This document shows, piece after piece, positions 1 through 20,788 of a stretch of DNA of 64,000 nt (positions are counted from its first letter, which is position 1; each line of letters opens with the position of its first letter). The stretch is taken from the NCBI GenBank assembly GCA_039028615.1, contig JBCCHT010000006.1, positions 1-64,000 of the forward strand, given 5' to 3'. A program made the translations under genes and the position numbers. Origin of the DNA: Myxococcota bacterium (GTDB lineage Bacteria > Myxococcota_A > Polyangia > Nannocystales > Nannocystaceae). Under the pieces are notes generated by a model, which was given only the letters and a program-made list of their open reading frames with translations, did no database searches and was not told where the DNA came from.

Positions 1-320
1 GGGCCGCGCCGACGGGGGGGCCCCAGGCCCCGACCGAGGACTTAAGACGGGCAGGCAACCGCGGGCACAACCGCAACCGCCACGCCCGGCCCGCAGGGAG
101 GGGTTTGGGGGGGTACCCGTCGACAGCAGGCCCCGTGCACGCAGCGGCTCCAATACTTCGAGCGACTCCAGCACTCCCCCTCGCGCCCCTCCAGCCCCCC
201 ATCCTGCGAGCCCCCCAACAGCGCCCTTCCCTCGAGCCCCGCGCACCACGGCCAAACCGCCACTCGAGCACCGCCGCAAGAACAATCCAACGTCGACCCC
301 CAAGCAACTCCACGTCGAAC

Positions 321-354
321 CAAAACAAACGCCGACCCCAGAAGGGATCGGCGT
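321..354 (-). terminator. Rho-independent terminator after rpoC
   Basis: Minus strand ACGCCGATCCC-TTCT-GGGGTCGGCGT hairpin followed by TTGTTTTG, about 20 bp after the rpoC stop. Confidence 0.75.
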
Positions 355-375
355 CCGTCTCGTTCATCGACCGAG

Positions 376-4557
<4,182 letters not shown>

Positions 4558-4572
4558 GTGCTGTCTTCTCCT

Positions 4573-8775
<4,203 letters not shown>

Positions 8776-9000
8776 CGGGTGGTTCCTCTGCGCGGGGTGG
8801 ACCGTCCAAGTGGGTGACGGGACGGTGTCGGGTGGGCGCGATGACTGGGCGGGTGACGCCCTCGCGTGTTTCCGGGATTTGGCCCTACGGGAGCTGCGGT
8901 ATAGCCACGACCGCTTCGGGAAGCCAGTCGCGGCGTTTGCACAGTGCGCAAAAGCCGGCGGAGCCCCGCAGCGGGCCCGCCGACTTCCTTGGAGCGCAAG

Positions 9001-9381
9001 CTACTTGAGCTCGACTTCGGCGCCAGCGTCCTTGAGCTTCTTGGCGATTTCCTCGGCCTCTTCCTTGGAAATGCCTTCCTTGACGTTGCAAGGCGCGCCC
9101 TCGACCAGCGTCTTGGCCTCTTTGAGACCCAGGCCGGGGATGAGCTCCCGGATGGCCTTGATGACGTTGATCTTCTTGGCGCCGAAGCTCTTCATGTGAA
9201 CGTCGAACTCGGTCTTCTCTTCCTCGGGCTCGGCGGCGGGGCCGCCAGGGCCGGCCACGGCCACGGGAGCGGCGGCGGACACGCCCCATTTCTCCTCGAG
9301 CTCTTTGACGAGGGAGGCAATCTCCATGACGGGGAGACCGCTGAGGTAGTCGATGACCTGCTCTTTGGTGATGTCGGACAT
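9001..9381 (-). CDS. rplL: 50S ribosomal protein L7/L12
   Basis: Start refined to [35 protein letters not shown]. Confidence 0.98.
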   Translation of the reverse strand: MSDITKEQVIDYLSGLPVMEIASLVKELEEKWGVSAAAPVAVAGPGGPAAEPEEEKTEFDVHMKSFGAKKINVIKAIRELIPGLGLKEAKTLVEGAPCNVKEGISKEEAEEIAKKLKDAGAEVELK

Positions 9382-9460
9382 GATGGAATCTTTTCTGTGG
9401 GTGTGAGGTGAAAGTCGGGCGACCAGGAGGGCGTCGCCGCCCCCGCGCATGGTGTTGCGC

Positions 9461-9979
9461 TCAGGCCGCGTCTTTGTCTTTTTTGGCGTTCAGCACGTAC
9501 AGAAGGCTCTGAGCGGGGGCGTTGAGCACCCGAACCATCTGAGTGGCTGGCGTGTTGAGCAGCGCAAGCAGCTGAGCCTTGAGCTCTCGGGGCCCCGGCA
9601 TGTTGGCCAGGGTCTCGACTCCGCTCTTGTCGAGGAGCGAGCCATCGGCGATGCCGCCTTTGACTTGGAACTCCTCGTGGTCCTTGGCGAAGTCACGGGC
9701 CACGCGGGCCGGTGCGCCAGGATCCTCTTCGTTGTACGCGAGACCGGAGACGCCCTTGAGCAGCTCCTTGATGGGCTCGTGTGCAGTCCCTTCCGTTGCG
9801 AAGCGAATGGTCGAGTTCTTGTAGACGCGGTAGGTGCACCCCGCGTCCCGGAACTTGGTGCGCAGCTCGTCGGCTGCCGCCACCGTGAGTCCGGCGAATT
9901 CGACCAGCACGAGAGCGGTCATGCCCTCGATCTCTTCGCGCAGGTTTGCGGATAGCTGGTGTTTGGTTGCGGAATCCAT
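9461..9979 (-). CDS. rplJ: 50S ribosomal protein L10
   Basis: Start refined to MDSATK with [23 protein letters not shown]; synteny between rplA and rplL. Confidence 0.96.
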   Translation of the reverse strand: MDSATKHQLSANLREEIEGMTALVLVEFAGLTVAAADELRTKFRDAGCTYRVYKNSTIRFATEGTAHEPIKELLKGVSGLAYNEEDPGAPARVARDFAKDHEEFQVKGGIADGSLLDKSGVETLANMPGPRELKAQLLALLNTPATQMVRVLNAPAQSLLYVLNAKKDKDAA

Positions 9980-10054
9980 GAATGGACCTCCTTGCAGACT
10001 GGGTGGAACCCCCGAAGGGGCGTTTCGAGTCGTGGAAGGAGTCGCTGACGCCTT

Positions 10055-10129
10055 CCACTCTTGGCCGGCCGCCCCGAGCCCGGGGCATTTACCGCTTGCG
10101 GCCGCAAGCGACCTGCTGTCTTGGAGTGG
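10055..10129 (-). promoter_or_regulatory. L10 leader RNA (autogenous control of rplJL)
   Basis: Minus strand CCACTC-CAAGACAGCAGG...CCGGCCAA-GAGTGG closing stem with the AAGAC-AGCAGG kink-turn signature, upstream of rplJ. Confidence 0.72.
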
Positions 10130-10201
10130 CGCCCGGCTAGGCCGAGCAGACAAAGAAGTTCGCGGCGATGTTCAGTCCGTCGCTCACCTCTGATGAAATC
10201 G

Positions 10202-10900
10202 TTAGGCCTCGGTGGCCGAGGCAACCTCGTTGGTGTCGAGGCGGATGCCGGGACCCATGGTCGAGGACAGGGTCACGCTCTTGAAGTACTTGCCCTTTGC
10301 GGTGGCGGGCTTGAGGCGGTTGAGCGTCTCGATGAGCGCCAGGAGGTTCTCCTGGAGCTTCTCCTTGCCGAACGAGACCTTGCCGACCGGGGCGTGGACG
10401 ATGCCGGTCTTCTCGGTTCGGAAGTCGATGCGACCAGCCTTGAGCTCGCGGACGGCCTTGGACACGTCCATGGTCACCGTGCCGACCTTGGGGTTCGGCA
10501 TCAGGTTCCGAGGACCGAGGACGCGGCCGAGACGACCGACGAGGCCCATCATGTCCGGAGTCGCGATCGCGGCGTCGAACTCGAGCCAACCCTCTTGGAT
10601 CTTGGCGACCAGGTCGTCGCTACCCACCACGTCGGCGCCGGCTTCGGTCGCCTCAGCGGCACGATCGCCCTTGGCGAACACGACGATGCGGATCGACTTG
10701 CCGGTGCCGTGGGGCAGCGCGCAGGACGACCGGATCATCTGGTCCGCGTGACGAGGGTTGACGCCGAGGCGGGCGGCCACTTCGACGGTCTCGTCGAACT
10801 TGGCGCACTTGGACTGAGCAACGAGCTCACAGCCCTCGGCAATGGAGTATCGCTTGCTGCGATCGATCTTCTCGTTGTTGGCTTTGGCTTTTTTTCCCAT
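10202..10900 (-). CDS. rplA: 50S ribosomal protein L1
   Basis: [36 protein letters not shown]. Confidence 0.99.
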   Translation of the reverse strand: MGKKAKANNEKIDRSKRYSIAEGCELVAQSKCAKFDETVEVAARLGVNPRHADQMIRSSCALPHGTGKSIRIVVFAKGDRAAEATEAGADVVGSDDLVAKIQEGWLEFDAAIATPDMMGLVGRLGRVLGPRNLMPNPKVGTVTMDVSKAVRELKAGRIDFRTEKTGIVHAPVGKVSFGKEKLQENLLALIETLNRLKPATAKGKYFKSVTLSSTMGPGIRLDTNEVASATEA

Positions 10901-10911
10901 GCGGGTCTCCT

Positions 10912-10946
10912 TCGGGGTCCGAGCGAGGCGTTGGCCCCTCCCCCGA
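10912..10946 (-). promoter_or_regulatory. Candidate L1-binding mRNA site upstream of rplA
   Basis: UCGGGG-GAGGGGC-CAAC-GCCUCGCUCGGA-CCCCGA stem with internal loop, directly adjoining the rplA SD (AAGGAG). Confidence 0.55.
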
Positions 10947-10969
10947 GTCGGAAAAACTCTGCGGTCGCG

Positions 10970-11395
10970 CTAGTCGACGATTTCCAGGCCCATCGAGCGG
11001 GCGGTGCCCGAGATGGAGCGCATGGCGTGCTCGACGTTGTACGCGTTCATGTCCTTGAGCTTCACCTCGGCGATCTCGCGGATCTGAGCCGAAGTGACCT
11101 TGCCCTTCTTCACCTTGTTGGGCTCACCGGAGCCCTTGGGGATCCCGGCCGCCTGCAGCAGCATGAAGACCGCCGGCGGCGTCTTCACGATGAAGGTGAA
11201 GGAACGGTCGGAGAAGACCGTGATCTCGACGGGCAGGACCTTGCCCTTGTCCTTCTGCGTGCGAGCGTTGAACTGCTTGCAGAAGTCCATGATGTTGACG
11301 CCCTTCGAACCCAACGCGGGGCCGATGGGCGGTGCGGGCGAGGCCTCGCCTCCCTTGCACTGCAACTTGATGAAGCCGGTGACCTTCTTTGCCAT
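10970..11395 (-). CDS. rplK: 50S ribosomal protein L11
   Basis: [26 protein letters not shown]. Confidence 0.99.
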   Translation of the reverse strand: MAKKVTGFIKLQCKGGEASPAPPIGPALGSKGVNIMDFCKQFNARTQKDKGKVLPVEITVFSDRSFTFIVKTPPAVFMLLQAAGIPKGSGEPNKVKKGKVTSAQIREIAEVKLKDMNAYNVEHAMRSISGTARSMGLEIVD

Positions 11396-11428
11396 GACGA
11401 AAACCTCTTGGAACGCGACGAACGCGAG

Positions 11429-11986
11429 CTAGCTCGCGACGGGCTCGACCTCGGAGAAGTCGACCTCGACGCGGGTCGGTCGCCCGAAGATCGACACCGA
11501 GAGCCAGATCTTCTGCTTGTCGTTGTTGACCTCTTCGACTTCGCCGGTGAAGTTGGCGAAGGCGCCGCTTTTGACGCGGACTTGGTCGGCGACCTTGTAG
11601 ACGATGTCGGGAACCGGAGCCGTCTCGGGGCCCGTCTCGGTTTGCCCGGTGGTGTGCCCCAGCATCCGATTCATCTCGGACTGGCGCACCGGCTTGGGCT
11701 TGGGGTCACCGAGGAAACCGGTGACCTTGGGCGTGTTCTTGACGACGTGCCAGCTCTCCTTCGTGAGCTCCATGCTCACGAAGATGTAGCCGGGAAAGAA
11801 CTTGCGGGTGGTCTTGACGTTGCGCTTGCCACGGCGCTCGGTCACCTGCTCGGAGGGCACCAGGATCTCACCGAACTGGTCCTCCCAGGGCTTGTCCTTG
11901 ATGCGCTCCTCGAGCGCACGCTTCACCGAGTTCTCGTAGCCCGAGAACGTGTGCACCACGAACCATTCCTTCTCCGCGTCCGGCAC
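11429..11986 (-). CDS. nusG: Transcription termination/antitermination factor NusG
   Basis: WFVVHTFSGYE, FFPGYIFV, KOW domain, SIFGRPTRVE. Confidence 0.98.
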   Translation of the reverse strand: MPDAEKEWFVVHTFSGYENSVKRALEERIKDKPWEDQFGEILVPSEQVTERRGKRNVKTTRKFFPGYIFVSMELTKESWHVVKNTPKVTGFLGDPKPKPVRQSEMNRMLGHTTGQTETGPETAPVPDIVYKVADQVRVKSGAFANFTGEVEEVNNDKQKIWLSVSIFGRPTRVEVDFSEVEPVAS

Positions 11987-12008
11987 GATCGGTATCTCTT
12001 CCCCTCGG

Positions 12009-12434
12009 CTAGATGCCGTAGAGTAGGTTGGTGACGGCCCGCCACAGCTGGTCCATCGCCGCCAGGAGCCCCGAGCTGATCAGGGTCATGACGATGACGA
12101 CCACGGTAGCGGCCCGGGTCTCTGCGCGCGTCGGCCACGTGACCTGAGCGATCTCGATGACGACTTCGGTGCAGAACTTGAACCAGTCCTTGCGGCGCCA
12201 CGCATAGATGGTGCCGAGGACGGCGACCGTGATCCCCGCGATGTTCGCCGTCAGGGGATCGGGCCGCGCCACGGACTGCGGCCATGCCGCCCAGATGAGG
12301 TCCCAGATGTCTTCGATCGCCCACGACAAGACCCACGCCCCCATGAAGCCACCGAGGACGAAGATCAGGTGTGCCCAGCGGCTGGGATCGAGGTCCCGTT
12401 TGATGCTGGACGGTTTTTTTCGCGAGCGAGCCAT
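12009..12434 (-). CDS. secE: Preprotein translocase subunit SecE
   Basis: EIAQVTWPTRAET motif plus TM helices; lies between tRNA-Trp and nusG. Confidence 0.95.
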   Translation of the reverse strand: MARSRKKPSSIKRDLDPSRWAHLIFVLGGFMGAWVLSWAIEDIWDLIWAAWPQSVARPDPLTANIAGITVAVLGTIYAWRRKDWFKFCTEVVIEIAQVTWPTRAETRAATVVVIVMTLISSGLLAAMDQLWRAVTNLLYGI

Positions 12435-12535
12435 CGTGAGTCACATGATGGAGACGAAGGAGGCGGTTCTGACCGCGGAAACGGCGCCCCCCGAAACTCT
12501 TTGGCGATTCGGGGATGCGCCGTGTCCGATTTGGG

Positions 12536-12608
12536 CAGGGCGTGAGGGGCTCGAACCCCCGGCCTGCGGATTTGGAGTCCGCTGCTCTACCAACTGAGCT
12601 AACGCCCT
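12536..12608 (-). tRNA. tRNA-Trp (CCA); 3' CCA not encoded
   Basis: AGGGCGT acceptor stem, GCGGA-CTCCAAA-TCCGC anticodon arm, GGTTCGAG T-loop. Confidence 0.96.
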
Positions 12609-12624
12609 AGAGGGAAAACGGGGA

Positions 12625-12786
12625 CTACTTGGTCTCCTTGTGCTCGGTCTGACGCCGGCAAAAGCGGCAGTACTTCTTGAGAGCAAGCTTTTCAGGGGTG
12701 TTCCGCCGATTCTTCTTGGTGGAGTAGTTTCGGCGTTTGCACTCCTGGCATTCCAGGGTGATGATGATTCGATGTCCGGCAGCCAT
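12625..12786 (-). CDS. rpmG: 50S ribosomal protein L33 (Zn-ribbon, C+ form); not in ORF track
   Basis: Manual translation [61 protein letters not shown]. Confidence 0.97.
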   Translation of the reverse strand: MAAGHRIIITLECQECKRRNYSTKKNRRNTPEKLALKKYCRFCRRQTEHKETK

Positions 12787-13021
12787 GGACGTCCTCCTGG
12801 CGCGAAGGGCCGTTGCCTATAGCAAGAGCCGTTCCGGGTTGCAAGCGAGCACCTGGAGCGTTGCCCAGGGGCTCAAAGTGACGAGTCTCGCGCGAAAAAC
12901 CGAAAGATTCTCGGGGCCGCGCTCGACCCGCAGTGACATGGGTTCTGATTGCGTTTGCGCCGACAGCCCCGGTCTCGTGAGAGAGGGAGCAGTCGGCGCT
13001 TAGAAGCAACGCGAGATCGCG

Positions 13022-14221
<1,200 letters not shown>

Positions 14222-14306
14222 GACGGGTACCTCTCGGGGAGTTCTTTGGTCGAAATCGTTTGTTCCGAGTTACTCGGGAAGTTTGGTGCTTCCTGCGTGG
14301 AAGCGG

Positions 14307-14379
<73 letters not shown>

Positions 14380-14513
14380 AAAGGGCTGATTCGGGCGGGG
14401 TTCTAGACTGCCCAGGCAGCCGAGACAAGCAAAACCCCCGACGAACTCGCGCCTCTACGGCCTGATCTGCCGTGAGAGTTAGCCGTGAGAAAACGCGAAG
14501 AATCGTGAGGGAT

Positions 14514-14589
14514 TGGAGCGGGAGACGAGGGTCGAACTCGCGACATTCAGCTTGGAAGGCTGACGCTCTACCAACTGAGCTACTCCCGC
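14514..14589 (-). tRNA. tRNA-Gly (TCC)
   Basis: GCGGGAG acceptor, TCAGC-CTTCCAA-GCTGA, encoded CCA. Confidence 0.97.
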
Positions 14590-14634
14590 AGAGCGAAGCG
14601 CCTCTTGATGTTCAAGGATAAGGAGAGGCGTGGG

Positions 14635-14718
14635 TGGATGGGGTAGGATTCGAACCTACGAAGCGATAACGCGGCGGATTTACAGTCCGCTCCCTTTGGC
14701 CAGCTCGGGCACCCATCC
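14635..14718 (-). tRNA. tRNA-Tyr (GTA); 3' CCA not encoded
   Basis: GGATGGG acceptor, GCGGA-CTGTAAA-TCCGC, long variable arm, GGTTCGAATCC. Confidence 0.96.
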
Positions 14719-14755
14719 GAAGGGTTTGATCTGAAGAGTCGAAGCGATAGCGCGG

Positions 14756-14830
14756 TGGAGCTGACGATGGGAATCGAACCCGCAACCCCCTGATTACAAA
14801 TCAGGTGCTCTACCGTTGAGCTACGCCAGC
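14756..14830 (-). tRNA. tRNA-Thr (TGT)
   Basis: GCTGGCG acceptor, CCTGA-TTTGTAA-TCAGG, encoded CCA. Confidence 0.96.
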
Positions 14831-14943
14831 GTGTTAGTGGAAAGGGCTCTCCTAATAGAGGTTAAGTGCTTGGTCGGCAATCGACCGGATTTGCGCTGGC
14901 CCCGCGAGACGTCGAAACGTCGCTCTGGGCGTTCGGGGCGCGG

Positions 14944-14973
14944 TGTATAGCCCCGCATTTGGTGGGGTGTCAA
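14944..14973 (-). promoter_or_regulatory. Probable sigma70 promoter of the tRNA-tuf operon
   Basis: Minus strand TTGACA-N18-TATACA, about 115 bp upstream of the first tRNA. Confidence 0.6.
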
Positions 14974-15039
14974 CCGTGGCTCGGACGAGGGCAGAAATGG
15001 CCGCGAACGGGTCGCTAACACCCACTCACGGCCGTTCCG

Positions 15040-16281
15040 TCAGAGGGGCGTCGGGCGCGGCACGAACAGTTTTCGATCGGCGGCAGATCCCTGCGTAGAG
15101 GGTTGTGGGGCGTCGATCTCCGCATCCAGCTCGCGGGAGATCCGCATGCTCGGCGAGCCGAGGGTCGCATCCTCGGACAGCAGCGCAGCCTGCAGGTGCC
15201 CGAGCTTGGCTTCGGTGCGGGCGACGAACTCGTTGTCGTAGCCCAGCCGCCGCGCCGTCTCGAGGTTCTTCTCGAACACCCAGATCGCCTTGGTCATGAC
15301 CGGGCGCAGCTGTTCCTTGAGCTCGGCGTAGTAGATCTCGCGCTGCCGGGCGTCGAGCCACTCGGGGACCGGCGCGTACATGAGGGCGTCGTAGAACTCG
15401 GAGAAGAGCTGGCCGAGCTGGAAGCCCGAGGCCGAGACCCAGAACACGTGCTTGGCCGAGATCGCGTGGTTGTACGCGTCTTGGGCCTGCACGAGCAGCT
15501 CGACCTTGGCCTTGAACGCACGCTCCATCGCGGCCTCGGGCGGTTGGATCTCCACGTCGCGGAAGCGGCGGTGGATGATCGCCGCCCGGTAAAAGCGGGT
15601 CATGCCGATGAAGTAATAGTTGCTGAAGCGCTCGGTCTGCTCTTCGACGGCGCGCTCGTAGATCTCGTCGGCGAGGCGTAGGCGCTCGTCGGCTTCGTCG
15701 AGGCGATCGAGCATGAACAACGCATAGCCTTCGCGCGCCATGGCCTCGACCATCACGCTCGGCAACAGGTCGGGCTGCTCGGCGATGGCGTGGAAGGTGG
15801 CGGCCGACTGCTCCCAGCTCTCGAGCTCGGCCTCGCATGCGCCCCGCCGCGCGCGAGCGACCAGGGCATGCTCGCCGTCGGGGAAGCGATCGAGATAGGT
15901 CTCGTAGGCCCGCACCGCGGCCAGGCAGTCGCGGAGTTTTTCGTGGGCTTGAGCCAGGCCGATCCATGCGGGGGCGGCTTGCTCGGGGCTCAGCTCCTGC
16001 GACAACACCCGGCCGAACAGCGCCACCGCCCGGGCGGCCTCACCCGCGGCCAGGGCCGACTCGGCTTGCTCGATGAGCTCGGGGAGCGAGACCTCCTCGA
16101 CGACCTCGGCGCCCTGGGCAAAGGCGGTCGCCGCCACGGCCGAACCGGTGGTGTCTTCGACGGGGGCTTTGGTTTCAGGCGACGTGCGAGATGCACACCC
16201 CGCTGCGCCAGTGGCCGCTGCGACGAGCAGCAGCCCCACCTTCGCCCATCGTCGCGCCCCTTCGTGCCTGCCAGCGTTCAT
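15040..16281 (-). CDS. TPR-repeat lipoprotein with AgmU/GltD-like C-terminal region
   Basis: Lipobox AAGC after MNAGRH start; TPR helices; C-terminal APVP...YYAEL...KAIWVFEKNL pattern recalled from myxobacterial gliding TPR proteins. Confidence 0.7.
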   Translation of the reverse strand: MNAGRHEGARRWAKVGLLLVAAATGAAGCASRTSPETKAPVEDTTGSAVAATAFAQGAEVVEEVSLPELIEQAESALAAGEAARAVALFGRVLSQELSPEQAAPAWIGLAQAHEKLRDCLAAVRAYETYLDRFPDGEHALVARARRGACEAELESWEQSAATFHAIAEQPDLLPSVMVEAMAREGYALFMLDRLDEADERLRLADEIYERAVEEQTERFSNYYFIGMTRFYRAAIIHRRFRDVEIQPPEAAMERAFKAKVELLVQAQDAYNHAISAKHVFWVSASGFQLGQLFSEFYDALMYAPVPEWLDARQREIYYAELKEQLRPVMTKAIWVFEKNLETARRLGYDNEFVARTEAKLGHLQAALLSEDATLGSPSMRISRELDAEIDAPQPSTQGSAADRKLFVPRPTPL

Positions 16282-16337
16282 CGGTGGATAGCTTGACACC
16301 CCGTGCGTCCGAACGTTCCCGACCGAACCATCGGTGC

Positions 16338-16838
16338 TCACTGGGCGACCGAGACCGCTCCCTCGGCGTCGAAGGTGCTGCCGTCTTCCCAGGTCGCGTG
16401 GGTCTTGACCACCAAGACGGCGCAGTCACCCGAGCCGACCTCGAGATCGGAGACCAGGCGCTGGTCGAGCCAGATGACCCAGCTGTCGGGCTCCGCCCCG
16501 ATCTTGTGGCGCCCGGGTTTTTGAACCTTGTCCTTCGGGATGTCCTTGGACTTGCCCTTGCAGTCGGTGACCGTCGCGGTCATGCCCTGGACCGGCGTGC
16601 CGGGGAAGAACACGAGCCCAGCGTGCGGCTGCATCTTCACCTCGTTGATCCGCAGCTCGCCGCGGTTGCTGCCCTTCTTCGACTGCACGACGTCGCTGCT
16701 GCTGCATCCCGCCTCGCCGCAGAACCACGCGCCTCGGTACGAGACGAACTGGTCGCGGAGATTTTGTCGCAAGGCCCCGCAGGCGATGCCGACGAGGGCG
16801 AGGGCCGCGATGCTCGAAATTCGAAGGGTCGGACGCAT
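16338..16838 (-). CDS. Hypothetical lipoprotein
   Basis: MRPTLRISSIAALALVGIAC signal/lipobox; GC3-biased codons. Confidence 0.75.
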   Translation of the reverse strand: MRPTLRISSIAALALVGIACGALRQNLRDQFVSYRGAWFCGEAGCSSSDVVQSKKGSNRGELRINEVKMQPHAGLVFFPGTPVQGMTATVTDCKGKSKDIPKDKVQKPGRHKIGAEPDSWVIWLDQRLVSDLEVGSGDCAVLVVKTHATWEDGSTFDAEGAVSVAQ

Positions 16839-16963
16839 CGTTCGTTCATAGCCGGATCGACGCGAGGACGAAACCATCTCTAGTGCCGTTGCGAACGACC
16901 CTGCCCGGCAACGGGCCACTCGGCTTGCGTTCCCGGCGGCTTTGTCCGATCGTGAGGTCGCGG

Positions 16964-17808
16964 ATGATTCCCGCTAGCCTGATCCCATTGCCCACCGACC
17001 CGGAGGTCGCGGCTCGTGTCGATGGACTCGAGCTGCCGTTCAATCGGCACGGGGTGGACCCCTACGGCATCGATAAGCGCGAACTCGCCAAGTTCTTCAC
17101 GCTGCTCGGTTGGCTCTACCGTCGCTACTTCGAGTCCCAGGTCTTCGGCACGGAAAACGTGCCGCTGCGGGGTCGCGCCATGCTGGTGGGCAACCACAGC
17201 GGCGGCGTGGCGGTCGACGCCATGATGGTCATCGCCTCGGCGTTCTTCGAGCTCGAGCCGCCGCGCTTGGCCCAGGGGATGGCGGAGAAGTTCATTCAGC
17301 GCATCCCCTTCATGTCGCAGTTCACCAACCGGATCGGTCAGTTCACGGGGCTGCCCGAGCACTGCATCCGGTTGCTGGAGAACGAGCGACTGCTGATGGT
17401 GTTCCCCGAAGGGGCCCGCGGCACGGCCAAGCTCTACCGTGAGCGCGACTCGCTGGTGGGCTTCGGCACCGGCTTCGTCCGGCTCGCGCTGCAGACGGGC
17501 ACGCCCATCGTCCCGCTCGCCTTCGTCGGCGCGGGCGAGGCCATTCCCACCGTCATGAACCTCTACCGGGCGGGCAAGGTCCTCGGGCTGCCCTATCTAC
17601 CGGTCACGCCCTATCTCGCCCCCGTTCCCCTGCCCGTCTCGTTCCAGCTCATCTACGGCAAGCCGATCGTCTTGGAGGGGAGCCCCTCGGACTCGGACGG
17701 GATCATCAACGGCCACGTCGAGACGGTGAAAGCTCGCATCGCCAGTCTCATCAAGCAGGGCCGGGCGCTCCGCGAAGGCCGACTCACACCACAGGAGCTC
17801 GACTTGGG

Positions 17809-17812
<4 letters not shown>
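16964..17812 (+). CDS. Lysophospholipid acyltransferase family protein
   Basis: NHSGGVAVD (HX4D-type), VFPEG, TPIVP. Confidence 0.9.
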
Positions 17813-18729
<917 letters not shown>

Positions 18730-18736
18730 GCGCGGC

Positions 18737-19699
18737 TCAGGCCTGGCGAGTGTCGGCGGCGGCGTCCGGCACTCGACCCGAGACCAGGTAGAGCACGAAG
18801 CCTCGACCGGCGTGGTAGGTGCCATCCTTCACGCCCTGTTCGACGCCGCGGAGCCACTTGGTCATCACCGCCCAGGCGCGCTCGAAGCTCGCCTCCTGGC
18901 CACCGCCCGCCAGGTAGTGGCGGCGGGTGTCGGCGCGCGTGCCCGCGAGAATGCTGATGTCCTCGGCCGCCCAGGCCAGTTCCTGCTCGAGCGCCATCTT
19001 CATGGCGGGCTCTCGGTAGGGCGGCGCCAGGTCGATGCAGCGATCGTTGGTGTGCGCGCGAACCTGCTGCAGCCCCTGCGCGCGCAGCAGGCCGGGCAGG
19101 CGTCCGCCGATGGAGCCGTCGCCTTCGTTCAGCGCTCGCTTGCCTCGCTCGCAGACCAGCTGCATGAGCACGAGCTCGGCGATTTCCTCCTCGGGCATCC
19201 GCGGCTCCCCGCCGAGCAAGGCCAAGTTGCCCGCTCGGTTGTCGGGCTCGGCCAGCACGATGAGCCCGCCCGGCCGCGTCACCCGAGCCATCTCCCGCAG
19301 GGCCGCCTCCGCATCCGCCACGTGGATCAAGACCATCTGGCAGGTGACCAGATCGAAGCTGTCGTCCTCGAAGGGCAGCGCCTCCACCGTGCCCTCGACG
19401 AAGGAGCAGCGTGAACCGAGGCCGCGCTCCTCCGCGACCTTCTCGGCCATCGCAAAGAAATCCTTCTCGCTATCGACACCGACCATGGTCGCGTCGGAGG
19501 GAAGCAACCGCATGACCGTGCGCCCCCAGTGCCCCGCGCCGCAGCCGACGTCGAGCGCTCGACGAACGTCGGCGAGACCCCAGCGCCGCGCCATGAGGGC
19601 GAGGAAGTCCGGATTCCAGAACAGGTCGCGCCACTCGCCGTGAAACCCGGCCAGCTCGGCGTAGCGCTCGGCATCTGCGTATTCGGGGGCGTCGCTCAT
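18737..19699 (-). CDS. Class I SAM-dependent methyltransferase
   Basis: [26 protein letters not shown]; start refined to MSDAPEY. Confidence 0.9.
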   Translation of the reverse strand: MSDAPEYADAERYAELAGFHGEWRDLFWNPDFLALMARRWGLADVRRALDVGCGAGHWGRTVMRLLPSDATMVGVDSEKDFFAMAEKVAEERGLGSRCSFVEGTVEALPFEDDSFDLVTCQMVLIHVADAEAALREMARVTRPGGLIVLAEPDNRAGNLALLGGEPRMPEEEIAELVLMQLVCERGKRALNEGDGSIGGRLPGLLRAQGLQQVRAHTNDRCIDLAPPYREPAMKMALEQELAWAAEDISILAGTRADTRRHYLAGGGQEASFERAWAVMTKWLRGVEQGVKDGTYHAGRGFVLYLVSGRVPDAAADTRQA

Positions 19700-19727
19700 C
19701 GACGCGAAGGATAGCGAGCGCTCGCCG

Positions 19728-20126
19728 TTACGACGACTCGGGCGCAAACACGGCGACCCCGGTGATGCACAGCGGCGAGCCTTCGGCCTCCGACGACGGG
19801 GCTGCGTCGATTCGCACCGATTGACCATGGACGAGCGCGCCACGCAAAAGCTCGAGCGTCTCGGCGCCGAGCCGATGCCGACGCCCGCAGGACTGGCTCC
19901 CGAAGTGGAAGCGCGTGGCCTCGTCGAGCAGCGTGGGTGAGGTGTCGACGTAGCCCGAGGTCCCGGCCGCATCGAGCCATAGACCTTCGATGCGCTGGGT
20001 GGGCGGAGCGTCGGGAGCCGCGCCAGCCACGCTGGCGACTACGGCCAACACGGACCCGAACACCAGCGGGGCGAGACGCGACGCGATGGAGACCTTTCGG
20101 CTGGGCAGCAGCATCACCCAGCCCAA
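19728..20126 (-). CDS. Hypothetical secreted protein
   Basis: Hydrophobic signal-like segment ending VAGAA; two Cys; start uncertain. Confidence 0.55.
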   Translation of the reverse strand: MGWVMLLPSRKVSIASRLAPLVFGSVLAVVASVAGAAPDAPPTQRIEGLWLDAAGTSGYVDTSPTLLDEATRFHFGSQSCGRRHRLGAETLELLRGALVHGQSVRIDAAPSSEAEGSPLCITGVAVFAPESS

Positions 20127-20196
20127 CGCACCGAGCCCCCTTTGGGCTTACACCTCGACCGTCTCGAGACGAAAAAGCCCCGGTCGTGCGCCCGCG

Positions 20197-20766
20197 TCAA
20201 CCGCACGCCGTCTGGAACTCCGCACACGCTCCGTCGAACGCGTCTTCCGTGAGCCCGGCCAGGAAGCAGTCCCTACACACGGCGTCCTCCCCGGGCGAGG
20301 CTGACGTCGGGTCTCCAGAGGTTGAATCGGTGGAGTCGGTCTCGCCGCTACCCTCACACAGGCCTTCGTCCTCGCACGCCTGGCTTGCGCACTCGAGGAG
20401 CTGGAGCAACTCGAGCGCCTCCGGTTGCGAGATCCCTCGTTCGCACCCGAGCACGCAACTCAGGTCGGGCTCGGGAAACTCCAAGGTCTCGATGCACGCC
20501 ACCATGCAGGCGAGCGCCTCGGCACAGCTGGGCGAACCATCAGTATCGGTATCGGACGTCGAGGCGATGGACGACGTCGCGCCGAGCGGGGTCGACCCCG
20601 AGCCGTCCGATTCTCCGGGGCCCTCCGACGTGGCGGCGGATGGCGACGTCGTGGCGCCCTCGGTGGTCGCCCGATCGTCCTCGCCTGCGGACTTGGCCGG
20701 CAGCAGGCACGCGCTCGCGTGCAGCAGCAGCACCGCGAGACCAGCCATGAATCGTGAGGTCATCAT
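20197..20766 (-). CDS. Cys-rich hypothetical lipoprotein
   Basis: Signal with ASAC lipobox, Ser/Thr linker, repeated CxxxC motifs. Confidence 0.7.
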   Translation of the reverse strand: MMTSRFMAGLAVLLLHASACLLPAKSAGEDDRATTEGATTSPSAATSEGPGESDGSGSTPLGATSSIASTSDTDTDGSPSCAEALACMVACIETLEFPEPDLSCVLGCERGISQPEALELLQLLECASQACEDEGLCEGSGETDSTDSTSGDPTSASPGEDAVCRDCFLAGLTEDAFDGACAEFQTACG

Positions 20767-20788
20767 ACGAAGAGGGAGTGGCCACCCA

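Noticed and set aside
1..320. G/C-run-rich region with an imperfect inverted repeat (about 1-30 vs 100-134), possible MITE/REP
   Set aside because: Match is loose, truncated by the window edge and has no second copy in the window.
14831..15040. Integrative element at the tRNA cluster
   Set aside because: No integrase and no duplicated tRNA 3' end (att site) noticed in the window.
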